Origin: Fonticula alba ATCC 38817
Taxonomy: Eukaryota > Protista > Nucleariida
NCBI GenBank assembly: GCA_000388065.2
Contig: KB932213.1
Strand: one strand, 5' to 3'
Length of the DNA: 64,000 nt
Shown: in pieces, positions 1 through 11,172 of the stretch
Layout of the letters: the number at the start of each line of letters is the position of its first letter
Position numbering within the stretch: position 1 is the first letter of the stretch
Notes under the pieces: generated by a model
Seen by the model: only the letters and a program-made list of their open reading frames with translations
What the model was told of the DNA's origin: nothing
The model's database searches: none
Made by a program: the position numbers and the translations under genes

Positions 1-178
1 CTCCCCCCTCTCCCGCCTCGTCCCGTGTGCGTGGCGCCGAGGGAGGCCGACCCGGAGCCAGCACGCGCACGTATACATGCACGCAGAGGTGGGCGCGCGG
101 GGGCGTACTTCCATGCAGTGTGAGGTGTGTATTTGGGTGGCCTTACGCGGCGCAGTGAGCACACCCGGGTGCTGGCTG

Positions 179-613
179 CTAGAACAGATTGTCATCATCG
201 TCGTCCGAGTAGTCCAGGTCCGGCAGGGTATCCTGCGGGGTGTAGGACGCGGTGGACGGGCTAAAGGCCTCCCCCCGGGAGAGGGTCTCACCCGAAAAGT
301 AACCACCAGGGCGCTTCAGGTGAGACATGGGGATGGCCTCGCCGGGGTAGTCGCCATCATGGAAGGACAGCATGGCGGGGTCCTGCCCGTCCAGCGGGTT
401 GTGGAAAAGGTCCGCGTCGTCGTCGTCGTCCTCCTCCTCCTCCTCCTGTTCGTCGGCCGGATCGACGTGGGCCATCAGGCCGGCCGACATGTCGGGATTG
501 CTGCCGTCGACCGGGATGCCCTCGGCGTCGACCGGGCGCGGGGCCATGGCCGGGTCGGGGAAGATCAAGAGCGCGGCGGCGAAGCAGGCGGCCGTGGCCC
601 CGGCAATGACAGC
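179..613 (-). CDS. Terminal exon of the MFSD6-like transporter (last TM helix plus acidic tail), out of scaffold order or duplicated
   Basis: The minus strand reads a poly-C tract, then CAG|GCT GTC ATT..., giving AVIAGATAACFAAALLIFPDP...DDDDDNLF* (TAG at 179-181). This joins in phase 0 to the MFS exon ending ...KLFVIG|GTACGT at 4411. Bases 1-39 are identical to 3319-3357. Confidence 0.7.
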   Translation of the reverse strand, partial: AVIAGATAACFAAALLIFPDPAMAPRPVDAEGIPVDGSNPDMSAGLMAHVDPADEQEEEEEDDDDDADLFHNPLDGQDPAMLSFHDGDYPGEAIPMSHLKRPGGYFSGETLSRGEAFSPSTASYTPQDTLPDLDYSDDDDDNLF

Positions 614-1049
614 CTGGCAGGTGCCGAGGCGGGGGGGGGNNNNNNNNNNNNNNNNNNNNNNNNNNNNNNNNNNNNNNNNNNNNNNNNNNNNNNNNNNNNN
701 NNNNNNNNNNNNNNNNNNNNNNNNNNNNNNNNNNNNNNNNNNNNNNNNNNNNNNNNNNNNNNNNNNNNNNNNNNNNNNNNNNNNNNNNNNNNNNNNNNNN
801 NNNNNNNNNNNNNNNNNNNNNNNNNNNNNNNNNNNNNNNNNNNNNNNNNNNNNNNNNNNNGTGCGTATGGGCGAGCACCCGGCAAAGGGGAAGGGCCCAC
901 GGAAAGGAGCGGAAGGGGGGGGGGAGGGGGCGAAGAAAGGAGGGATAGGTGGGTTAGCAGGTGGGCACGCCCGGCCAAAAGCCACCCGGCGACCTGGCCC
1001 CTGGGGCACTGTCCGTGACATATGTGCGCCATGGATGGTGCGCCTTGCA

Positions 1050-1082
<33 letters not shown>

Positions 1083-1196
1083 ATGCGTGTGCGTGTGCAA
1101 TGCGCGCGGCGCATGCCGAGGCGGGAAGGGGAAAGAAAGGGCCCAAGCAGGGGCCCGAAGAAAAAAGGGGAGACCCCACCGGCCCGCCGGACGTAC

Positions 1197-2522
1197 GACT
1201 CATAGAGCATCGTCTCGAGGGTCACCTGCTGGACCTTCGGCATGACACGCGAGGAGTGCCCGATGCGGACCATGCGCACCTCCGGGCATGGGAGCAGGCG
1301 CTCGGCGATGTTGTCCACCGAGATGTTGGACGGGCCGCACACCAGCACCCGGAAGGGCCGGGCATGGGGGTTGTTCTGGCGCTCGCGCTCGCCTCGCAGG
1401 ACCAGCTGGCGGATGATCTCCACCACGACCGTGGTCTTCCCGGTGCCGGGAGGGCCGTGGATGAGGGCCACCGACTCGGCGGCCAGGGCATGGCGAACGG
1501 CGGCCTGCTGGCTGGCGTCCAGCTTCGGGTTCAGCATGTCGACCTGCTCGTTGAGGGCGAAGAACCGCGGGGTCTGGTCGTCGAAGACCACCTGCGCGAA
1601 GGGGGCATTGATGCCGCGGGTCTTGAGTCGCTCCAGCGCGCCCTTCATGCTGCGGGGCCGGGGTCAGGGGGTTCATCCGGCGCGAGGGGATGGGCGGGAA
1701 TCCGGTGTTTGGTATTTCGTATTTCGTGCGTGGGTGTGCGTGTGTGTGTGTGTGTTTGCATGTTAGTGGCGGGTGTGCACGTCAGTGATCGCGTGCATCC
1801 TCGTCCATGCGCATATTCATGCGTGTGTGCGGGGGCGAGCATGCAGGCGCCGACAGATGAATCGCCCCGCCGAGCAGGTGCCCCGGGCACATGGCGGTCG
1901 CAAGCCGCGCCGGCCCCACGAGGCTGGCCCCGGCCCTGGCCGGCACATCGCGAGGCCGGGCACGTAGCGCTGCGTAAATGCCCGCTGGCCGTTGCGGGCA
2001 TGGACGCACCGCTGGTACGGAACGGAGTTGGCAACATAGGAAACCCGCAGAAACGTGGCGTCCACAATCTCCAGAGGCAGGTCCGACTCGGTGGAGACCA
2101 CCAGGGACTTGGCGTCGAGCGAAATGACCACAGCAGGGACCTCTGCGTCATTCCGGGCAGCCGCGCACGCACACGCAGCAGGGAGGACATCGTGAGCATC
2201 GGGAGGGGGCGGCCATTGGCGGCAAGGCGGGCGCGACGTACTGGTCTCGGCATCGGCGGTGTCCGGGCTGATGTGGACCAGGTCACCGGGGCGGAAGTGC
2301 GACTGCGAGGTGAAGAGGCCGTTGCGCGGCGGCTCGAAGGTGAGGAAGCTGCGTCGGGCTCGTCAGGAGGGCTGAATACCAGGGGGGGGGGGGGGAGATG
2401 TCAGGCGAGGGAAGCCCATCGTACAAGCGTCCATTGAGGCCGATGCGGGAGGAGGCCATCTCGAGCCCGGCGAAAATGAGTCCGCTGAGGATGAGCTCGC
2501 GCTTGGAGAGGGTGGCCATGGC

Positions 2523-2560
<38 letters not shown>

Positions 2561-2852
2561 GGCGTGTGCGGGCGTGTGCGGGCGTGTGCGGGCGTGTGCG
2601 GGCGTGCGCCGACGTCCGCAGGGGCGCACGGGCGTGCGCCGACGTCCGCAGGGGCGCACGGGCGTGCGCGAGCGTGCGCGAGCGTGTGTGCGTGTCAGCC
2701 AGGGGGCACATGTGTCAGGAGGCGGGGGCGGAAGGGCAGACGTGGGGGGCTGGCACAGACTCGGAAGTGGCGGCGGCAGCTTCCTCCTGCTCCTGGGCCA
2801 GCAGGTCCAGATGCTGGTCACAGAAGTCCGTCAAAGCAGTCAAACCAGACAT
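1197..2852 (-). CDS. IGHMBP2: IGHMBP2/SMUBP-2/Hcs1-like SF1 (Upf1-like) helicase, 5' part only, multi-exon
   Basis: Spliced exons read MSGLTALTDFCDQHLDLLAQEQEEE..., LSKRELILSGLIFAGLEMASSRIGLNGRL, FRPGDLV, VSYVANSVPYQR, LDASQQAAV (Q motif), LIHGPPGTGKTTVVVEII (Walker A), VLVCGPSNISVDNIAERL (motif Ia) and MVRIGH. All match the IGHMBP2 N-terminal half. No exons for motif II onward are present. Confidence 0.9.
2559..2690 (+). repeat. Intronic compound repeat in helicase intron 1: (GGGCGTGTGC)n followed by two 30-bp copies of GGGCGTGCGCCGACGTCCGCAGGGGCGCAC, next to (TG)n at 2526-2552
   Basis: Read directly from the sequence. Confidence 0.8.
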
Positions 2853-3003
2853 GACGGCGGGGGCAATGCGGGGAGGGTGCTGTGCTCGGGCGGCGGGAGG
2901 CGAAACGGGGAGTATCAGGGGCGGTGGGGGGATGAGGGCGGTGACTGCATGTTTTCCCTGCCTCCCGAGGGAAACGCACAACTCCGGCCCGGCGGCCGAT
3001 CAA

Positions 3004-3337
3004 CCAGACGCGATTCCGTCCCATGCCAGGTGCCAATGGTTCGCCGGGCGTGGGAACACTCGAGATCTGGCTCGGCGCGCCGGGCGGGCCGCTTCCGCGT
3101 CTTTCCCGCCCCCGGCGGGGATTGGCCCGGGCCTCTCGCCCCCCCCCCCCTCTCCCCCCTCTCCCGCCTCCCAGACGCGATTCCGTCCCATGCCAGGTGC
3201 CAATGGTTCGCCGGGCGTGGGAACACTCGAGATCTGGCTCGGCGCGCCGGGCGGGCCGCTTCCGCGTCTTTCCCGCCCCCGGCGGGGATTGGCCCGGGCC
3301 TCTCGCCCCCCCCCCCCTCTCCCCCCTCTCCCGCCTC
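3004..3337 (+). repeat. Perfect 167-bp tandem duplication (3004-3170 and 3171-3337) just upstream of the helicase start
   Basis: Both copies start CCAGACGCGATTCCGTCC and end CTCCCGCCTC. Each copy contains CCAAT and ATTGG. The second copy ends 20 bp before an N gap. Confidence 0.9.
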
Positions 3338-4410
3338 GTCCCGTGTGCGTGGCGCCGNNNNNNNNNNNNNNNNNNNNNNNNNNNNNNNNNNNNNNNNNNN
3401 NNNNNNNNNNNNNNNNNNNNNNNNNNNNNNNNNNNNNNNNNNNNNNNNNNNNNNNNNNNNNNNNNNNNNNNNNNNNNNNNNNNNNNNNNNNNNNNNNNNN
3501 NNNNNNNNNNNNNNNNNNNNNNNNNNNNNNNNNNNNNNNNNNNNNNNNNNNNNNNNNNNNNNNNNNNNNNNNNNNNNNNNNNNNNNNNNNNNNNNNNNNN
3601 NNNNNNNNNNNNNNNNNNNNNNNNNNNNNNNNNNNNNNNNNNNNNNNNNNNNNNNNNNNNNNNNNNNNNNNNNNNNNNNNNNNNNNNNNNNNNNNNNNNN
3701 NNNNNNNNNNNNNNNNNNNNNNNNNNNNNNNNNNNNNNNNNNNNNNNNNNNNNNNNNNNNNNNNNNNNNNNNNNNNNNNNNNNNNNNNNNNNNNNNNNNN
3801 NNNNNNNNNNNNNNNNNNNNNNNNNNNNNNNNNNNNNNNNNNNNNNNNNNNNNNNNNNNNNNNNNNNNNNNNNNNNNNNNNNNNNNNNNNNNNNNNNNNN
3901 NNNNNNNNNNNNNNNNNNNNNNNNNNNNNNNNNNNNNNNNNNNNNNNNNNNNNNNNNNNNNNNNNNNNNNNNNNNNNNNNNNNNNNNNNNNNNNNNNNNN
4001 NNNNNNNNNNNNNNNNNNNNNNNNNNNNNNNNNNNNNNNNNNNNNNNNNNNNNNNNNNNNNNNNNNNNNNNNNNNNNNNNNNNNNNNNNNNNNNNNNNNN
4101 NNNNNNNNNNNNNNNNNNNNNNNNNNNNNNNNNNNNNNNNNNNNNNNNNNNNNNNNNNNNNNNNNNNNNNNNNNNNNNNNNNNNNNNNNNNNNNNNNNNN
4201 NNNNNNNNNNNNNNNNNNNNNNNNNNNNNNNNNNNNNNNNNNNNNNNNNNNNNNNNNNNNNNNNNNNNNNNNNNNNNNNNNNNGGGGGGGGGGCAGGGGC
4301 GGAGTCAGGGCAGGCGGCGGTCGTGGGGAGGAAGGTGCAGGCGAGAGGGGGGAGAAGTGGCGGCCGGGCGCCAGGCCGACAGCCGGGAGGCGGCGGCGCG
4401 GCCCACGTAC

Positions 4411-6036
4411 ACCGATGACGAAGAGCTTGCGCGGGCCGAGGGCGTCGTAGATGAACCCCCACAGCAGGACACCGCAGCCCTGGCCGATGCCCCAGTAGAT
4501 GGCGCCGAGGATGCCCTGGACGGTGGCCAGGCGGGAGAGGGGCGAAATCCGGCGGACATACTCGGTCTTGGCGGCCCAGTCGATGCCGTACGTGACGCCG
4601 TGCAGGAGCTCGGCCGGCAGGACGGCCCAGGGGTTGCCCAGCAGGGCGTAGTACGTGAAGCGCAGGGCGAAGGACACATACCCGGAGACGATGAGCCACC
4701 CGGGGCCGAAGCGCCGGAGGAAGCGATCGGCAAAGAAGAAGAGCGGCACCTCGGCGATGCAGGTGAATGTCAGCGTCAGCCCCATGAGGGTGGGCGTGCC
4801 GTTGAGCGACCGCAGGAAGACGAAGAGGTACACCGACACCAGGGACATGAGCAGGCCATTGTTGAAGGCGCTCACGAAGAACATCAGCGTCATGGGGTTC
4901 TTCAGCAGCCGGACCAGGTCCAGGAAGGACGAGGCGTCCGGGGCCTCGCTGCGACCGGTGGCCCGATGTGGAGCGGCGGGGTCAGCATGGCCGGCGGTGT
5001 GCGGGAGTCACGGGGCGGGGCGGGGCGGGGCGGGGCGGGGCGGCTGAGATGTACCGATCGGGCGCGGCATCGCCGAGAGGGGCCTCGGCGGCCTCGGCAT
5101 CGGCGTTGGGGTTTGCCGCGTCGGCGCCCTCCTTGGGCCACTTGCCGAAGGTGATCTTGGGGAGGCCCGGTGTTCGAGGGGGAGGGAGGGGAGGCGAGTG
5201 AGTGGGAGCCGGGCACAGGGGCGCGCATGCGGGGCTCCGACATACCGTGAGGACGGTGAACACCAGGAAGATGGTCTGGAAGTAGTAGTACCAGTTTTCG
5301 CTGTCGGACACTTCGACAACAAAGCCGACAAGCGGCGAGGCGAGGCCCCACCTGGGGGGGGGGAAGCGCGCCGGCGGGAATGCGGGCGGGGGGGGGGGGG
5401 GGGAGGCATTGCGGTCAGCGGCGTGAGGGCCGGGCAGATGGGGAGGGGGCGCGGGCGCCAGGCGCCGGGCGGGATGCGGCGCGCACCCGATGCTGCCGAA
5501 CAGGCGCTGCTGGCCATAGCGATCGGAGTTCTTTCCCAGGACCTTGAGCACCACGGTGTCGATGAGGAAGTACACCGGGCTGCCGAAGAACTCGCACGTC
5601 AGCACCACGAAGGCCAGCAGGGCGAAGCGCTCGGCCGGGATGAAGGCGATCAGCGTGCGGATGACCGCGCTCAGGACGAAGACCGTCAGCAGCAGCCACC
5701 GAGTCCGCCGGGCCCGATCGGCGATGATGGAAAAGAGCGGGGCCCCGGCGAAGAAGACGAACGGCCGCGCGCAGAGGATGATCCCGATCTCCGAGGGGGT
5801 GAGCCCGCGCCCGGCGAAGATCACCGACAGGAAGGGCCCGAGTGAGGCGAAGGTGGCTGCCAGGGCCGGGGCGACGGGCCGGCGTTAGTGGCGACGGGGG
5901 CGAGCGGGCGCGGCGGCGGCGGCGGGGCGTGTCGGGCGGGCGGCGCACCGGCGACAAAGGTATAGAGGATCTTGAAGACCAGCAAGTCCCGGTCGACCTC
6001 GATGGCCTTCAGCCGGCCGAGCAGCGACGACGCCAT
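4411..6036 (-). CDS. MFSD6-like major facilitator superfamily transporter (main exons; last exon at 179-613 or in the gap)
   Basis: Exons read MASSLLGRLKAIEVDRDLLVFKILYTFV, PFLSVIFAGRGLTPSEIGIILCARPFVFFAGAPLFSIIADR, FFGSPVYFLIDTVVLKVLG...YGQQRLFGSIG, YLFVFLRSLNGTPTLMG and LPAELLHGVTYGIDWAA...ATVQGILGAIYWGIGQGCG. This is an MFSD6/MFS_1-like pattern with about 12 hydrophobic segments. Confidence 0.85.
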
Positions 6037-7101
6037 GGCTGCCGAGGGGGTNNNNNNNNNNNNNNNNNNNNNNNNNNNNNNNNNNNNNNNNNNNNNNNNN
6101 NNNNNNNNNNNNNNNNNNNNNNNNNNNNNNNNNNNNNNNNNNNNNNNNNNNNNNNNNNNNNNNNNNNNNNNNNNNNNNNNNNNNNNNNNNNNNNNNNNNN
6201 NNNNNNNNNNNNNNNNNNNNNNNNNNNNNNNNNNNNNNNNNNNNNNNNNNNNNNNNNNNNNNNNNNNNNNNNNNNNNNNNNNNNNNNNNNNNNNNNNNNN
6301 NNNNNNNNNNNNNNNNNNNNNNNNNNNNNNNNNNNNNNNNNNNNNNNNNNNNNNNNNNNNNNNNNNNNNNNNNNNNNNNNNNNNNNNNNNNNNNNNNNNN
6401 NNNNNNNNNNNNNNNNNNNNNNNNNNNNNNNNNNNNNNNNNNNNNNNNNNNNNNNNNNNNNNNNNNNNNNNNNNNNNNNNNNNNNNNNNNNNNNNNNNNN
6501 NNNNNNNNNNNNNNNNNNNNNNNNNNNNNNNNNNNNNNNNNNNNNNNNNNNNNNNNNNNNNNNNNNNNNNNNNNNNNNNNNNNNNNNNNNNNNNNNNNNN
6601 NNNNNNNNNNNNNNNNNNNNNNNNNNNNNNNNNNNNNNNNNNNNNNNNNNNNNNNNNNNNNNNNNNNNNNNNNNNNNNNNNNNNNNNNNNNNNNNNNNNN
6701 NNNNNNNNNNNNNNNNCCCCCCCCCCCCCCCCCTGAGAAGGCAGAGCGAGGCTGGGGGCCGCGCGGCTGTGCCGGCATTCTCCGCCGGGCCAGATCTCTC
6801 TCTCTCTCCGTGTCTCGCCCTGGCTCTGTCGCGCGGGCGGCCGGGGCCTTTTCTCGGGCCCAGGCAAAGGGCATCGGCGACCTGCTCGGCGGCAGTGCAC
6901 TCTTCCTCGCCTTCCCTCTCTCTCTCCCCCGCCTCCCCGCCCCCCTTCTCCTCCTCCTCCTCCTGGCGTTCTCTTGCTCTGTCCTTTCGCCGGTGCCTTT
7001 GCGCCTCCCCTGTATTTGTCCCCGCCACCGGGGCCCGCTCCTCTGGGTGTGCCTGTGTGCGCCGCCGCCCGTGCCGCGCCTCGGAGTGCTCGCCGCCCCG
7101 G

Positions 7102-7964
7102 ATGGCCGCGCTGGATGATGACGGCGGTCGGTCGGAGGCCGCGACGGTTGTCCCTCCCCCTGGGCCCCCGGCGCCGCCTGCGCCGGTGGCCAGCACCACG
7201 CCGGACCTGTCGGCCCTGATTGCGCCCTTCCTGCCGAAGCATGTGCGCGAACAGGACTTCCCGCTGGATGGGGCCGGGCTCTTTGGGAGCGTGCGCGATG
7301 CGGCGGTGTCCGAGGCGGCGGCCGCGGCGGCAGGCCGGGGGGCGCGCTCGGCCGGCGGGCCCTCGGCCGCGGCCCTGCCCTCCGGGCCGCCGGCGCTCTT
7401 CCCCCGCATCGACCTGGTCCCCTACGTGGCGGTGGGCATCCTGGACATCAGCGGCTACAGCGCCCTGACGTCCATGCTGGCCAATGCCTTCCCCTCGAAG
7501 GCCGGGGCCGGGGCCGGCCTCGGGGCCGAGCTCCTGACCCGGCTGCTGAACCCCTACATGGCGCGCATGATTGACACGGTGCTGCTGTACGGGGGGGATG
7601 TCATCAAGTTCGCCGGCGACGCCATCATCGTCGTGTGGCGTCCGCTGCCGGGGGACCGGGCCCGGGTGGCCCGGGTCCTGGGCTCGCTCTCCGAGGCCGG
7701 CGCCCCCCCGGGCGAAGCCGACATCGACGCCGGGCTCCGGGCCCTGGTCACCCTGCGCGCTTGCCAGGCATCCATCTCCCTGCTGGAGGAGCTGGGCGAC
7801 TACAAGATCGACCTGCCGCCGGGCGTGGTGGCCGCGTCGCAGCCATCCTCCTCCGGCAGCCTGGCGGCCGGGCTGCCGGGGCCGGCCGGCGGCCCGGGAC
7901 CAGGCCACCCTGCCGGGCCCGGCCCCTCGGCCCCCGGCGGCGGCAGTGGCATCGGCGGCGGCAT

Positions 7965-7995
<31 letters not shown>

Positions 7996-10585
7996 CCCTC
8001 CTCCCGCACGGGGTCCTCCATTTCCCTGCCACCCACTCCGGGCGCGGGCGGGGCCCCGGCCCCGGCGCCGGCGCCGGGCCACCTGTTCCAGCGGTCGGCC
8101 TCCGGGGCCGGCGTGCCGCGGCCCCTGGCCAGCCGGGCCAGCTCGGCCAGCTCGGACCTGGTGGAGCTGGCCGCAGCCGGCCCGGCCGGCCGGCTGGGTC
8201 CGGTGCTGTCCGTCAACACGGGCCTCGGCCCGGGCCTGGGCGGGCCTCTGTCCCCGGGGTCGGGGCTGCTGGCGACGCCGGGCACCGGCCATCCGCCGAT
8301 GACCCCCGGCCCGGGGGGCCTGCTCCAGCCGCGGCCCTCGCTGGCCGGGGCTCCCGGCGTGGGGGTCGGCTCGCTGCCGGCCATGTCGCCCGTGTCGGGC
8401 CCCGGGGCCGGGGGCTCCGGGCCCGGGGCGGTTCTGGCCGCGCCCACTCCCCGGCCGCAGGCCACCCTGAGCATGCACATTGGTGTGGCCTTCGGGTCGG
8501 TCTTCGATGTGCATGTGGGCCAGATCTCCCGGCTGGCCGGGCAGCGTGGGGCCGGGCCGGGCGGGTCGGCCGGGGCCGGCGTCAGCCGGCAGGCGAGCAT
8601 GGCCGGCGCGCCGGGCCCCGGGTCCAGCGGCCCCGGCTCGCGGGGGCCCTCCCCGCAGGCGGAAGCCGGGGCCGGGGGGGAGCCGGCCCCCGGGCCCGGG
8701 CCCGCGGCCGCCAGCCTGCACGGGCGCCTCGAGTACTTTGTGGCCGGGGTGCCGATGTTCCGCGCGGGCGGGGCCCTGGAGGCGGCCGCGCGCGGGGAGT
8801 TTGCCATTGACCAGGCCGCGGCCCGGGTGGTGGCCGACTTCGCCGGGGTCCTGGCCCGGGCGGCCGATTCGCCGCTGGCCGCCCTCGACACCCTGGACCT
8901 GGAGCTGGAGGTGGACCGCATGGAGGCGGGCGAGCCGACCGACGTGGGGGGCCCCTTCGCCGTGGTGTCGGGGCTCATCGCGTCGGCCTCCGTGCGAGAC
9001 ATGCTGCCGGCCCAGCCGCCGGGGGATGCCCTGGCGCCCGCGGTCCCGAGGCCAGTGCGTGCCTTGCCTGCCTTTCTGCCCTGCGACCCTCCTGCCCTTT
9101 CTGTGCCTTTTTTCTTTCTTTCTCTCCCTCTCTCTCCCTCTCTTGATCTCACTACCTGCGGCACTCACACGACCGGTTTTGTTGCTTCTCCCGGGCCGCA
9201 TGCCCCCTTTGATGGGCCTGCCCGCCTGGCGACTGTGCCTGGTCTTGGCATCCGGCCGCGTGCGTCCTTGCGCGGCGGCCGTGCGCGCGGCGTGCCCCTG
9301 GCCCGGGGGCCCCGGCGCAGGTCCGCCTGACCGATGTCCACTCGCTGTTCATCAATGAGAGTGCCCTCTTCCGGCTGCGGCACGGTCGGGGCGGGCTGCT
9401 GAATGAGCTCCGGACGGTGTCCGTGGTGTTCGTCAGCCTGGACCTCTCGCCGCCGGAGGTGGACGAGGCCACCGGGCGCGAGGTGGTCCCCGGCTCGACC
9501 GAGGACTTCCTGCAGACCGCCCAGCGGACCCTGTCCACCAGCATGCGCGCCATTCGCGAATACGAGGGCACCCTCCGGCAGATGATGATGGATGACAAGG
9601 GGTTCACCGTGCTGGCGGTCTTCGGCCTGCCGCCGTGGTCGCACCAGCATGACCCGGTGCTGGCTGTTCGGGTGCGTGTCTGGCCCTGGTGTGCCTCATC
9701 CGCGTCTGGGTGGGTGGGTGTATGAACGGGGCCGGGCTTGGGGCTCTCCCCCTCTGACGTGTTCCCCCTCTGATGTGTTTCCCCCCCCCCTGACTGCTGC
9801 TCATCCCCCTTCCGCCGTCCCTGCTCATCCCCCTTCCGCCGTCCCTGCCCATCCCCCTTCCACCGTCCCTCCCCATCCCCCTCCTCCACCCCCGGACATC
9901 CCCTGGACCTTCCGCAGGCGGCGCTCAAGATTGAGCGCCACCTGTCCCACCGCGGCATCAAGTCCAGCATCGGTGTGGCCACCGGAACCGTATACACCGG
10001 CACCGTGGGCACGGACATCCTCGGCAAGACGCCGGCCGAACCGACGGCCGACCCGGCTGACCGGTCGGCACGGGGGCACCTCTCGTCATCGAGCGCCCTT
10101 GGCCGGCGGGCTAGCACGGCCCCCGGGGCCGCGGCGCCGCCCCCGCCCCGGTCGACACCGCCCCGGCCCGGCCTGCTGGCCAGCAGCGCCGGCGGCCGCT
10201 GCGACCACACCATTCTCGGCGACTGTGTCAACATGGCCGCGCGGCTCATGTGCCATCCGCTGATGGGGGAGAATTCCCTCCTCGAGGAGGGCCCGGCCCC
10301 GGGGAACTTTGTCCTCCCGCGGGTGCTCTGTGACCGGACCACCTTCGCCGCGTGTCAGTCCTACGCGTCGGACTCCACGGCCCTGGCGGCGGCCGGGCCG
10401 GCCGGGGCCGGGGCCGGCCTCTCGGCCGCCATGCTGGCCGACCAGTGTGGCTTTGCCTTCGGCCCGGCGCGCGACATCCGCGTCAAGGGCAAAGACGTGC
10501 CGATCCAGGTGTTCCGCATCCTGCCCCCCTCGGCCGTGGACCACCCGTACTATCGCGAGGCGCTGGACTCGGCAGCCGCCGCCAA

Positions 10586-10620
<35 letters not shown>

Positions 10621-11141
10621 TCACCCCCGAAGCAGGCGCCACGGCGGCGGCGGCGGCACCTGCCGGCGCCGCCACATCGACGGCACCCTTCACACCGTCC
10701 ACATCCTCCCTCGTGGGTGTCTGCTCGACTGACGCCCTGGCCGGCATGGGGGCCGACGACTCGCCGCGTGGCGGCCCCCCCGGCGAGCCGCCCTCCTCGC
10801 TGCCGGTGCTCGGGGTGGCGGAATTCCCGCCTGGCGATGATGCCCAGGGGTCGGCCTCCAGCCTGGCCAGTGCCAGCTCGATGTCCCTGGGCCCCGGGGC
10901 CTTTGGCCTGGCGGCCGGGCCCAATGGTGAGTCCCCCCTCGGGCGGAAGTACAGCACCGCCACCGGCGTGCGCCATGGGTCCATCGCGCCAGACCAGCGG
11001 CTGCTGGTGCACTTCCCCAGCAGTGCCAGCCTGGCATCGGTCATCCAGGGCCAGGGGGCTCTGGCCGGCGAGGGCGGCCCCGGGGCGGGCCTCGGCTCCC
11101 CGGGCCCCGGGTCCGGGATGATGCTTCTCGGCCCCGGGCCC

Positions 11142-11172
<31 letters not shown>

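Noticed and set aside
179-1648. ORF-track 489-aa protein suggesting a helicase fused to a TM/acidic tail
   Set aside because: It reads through an intron and an N gap. The two ends belong to different genes (the helicase and the MFS last exon).
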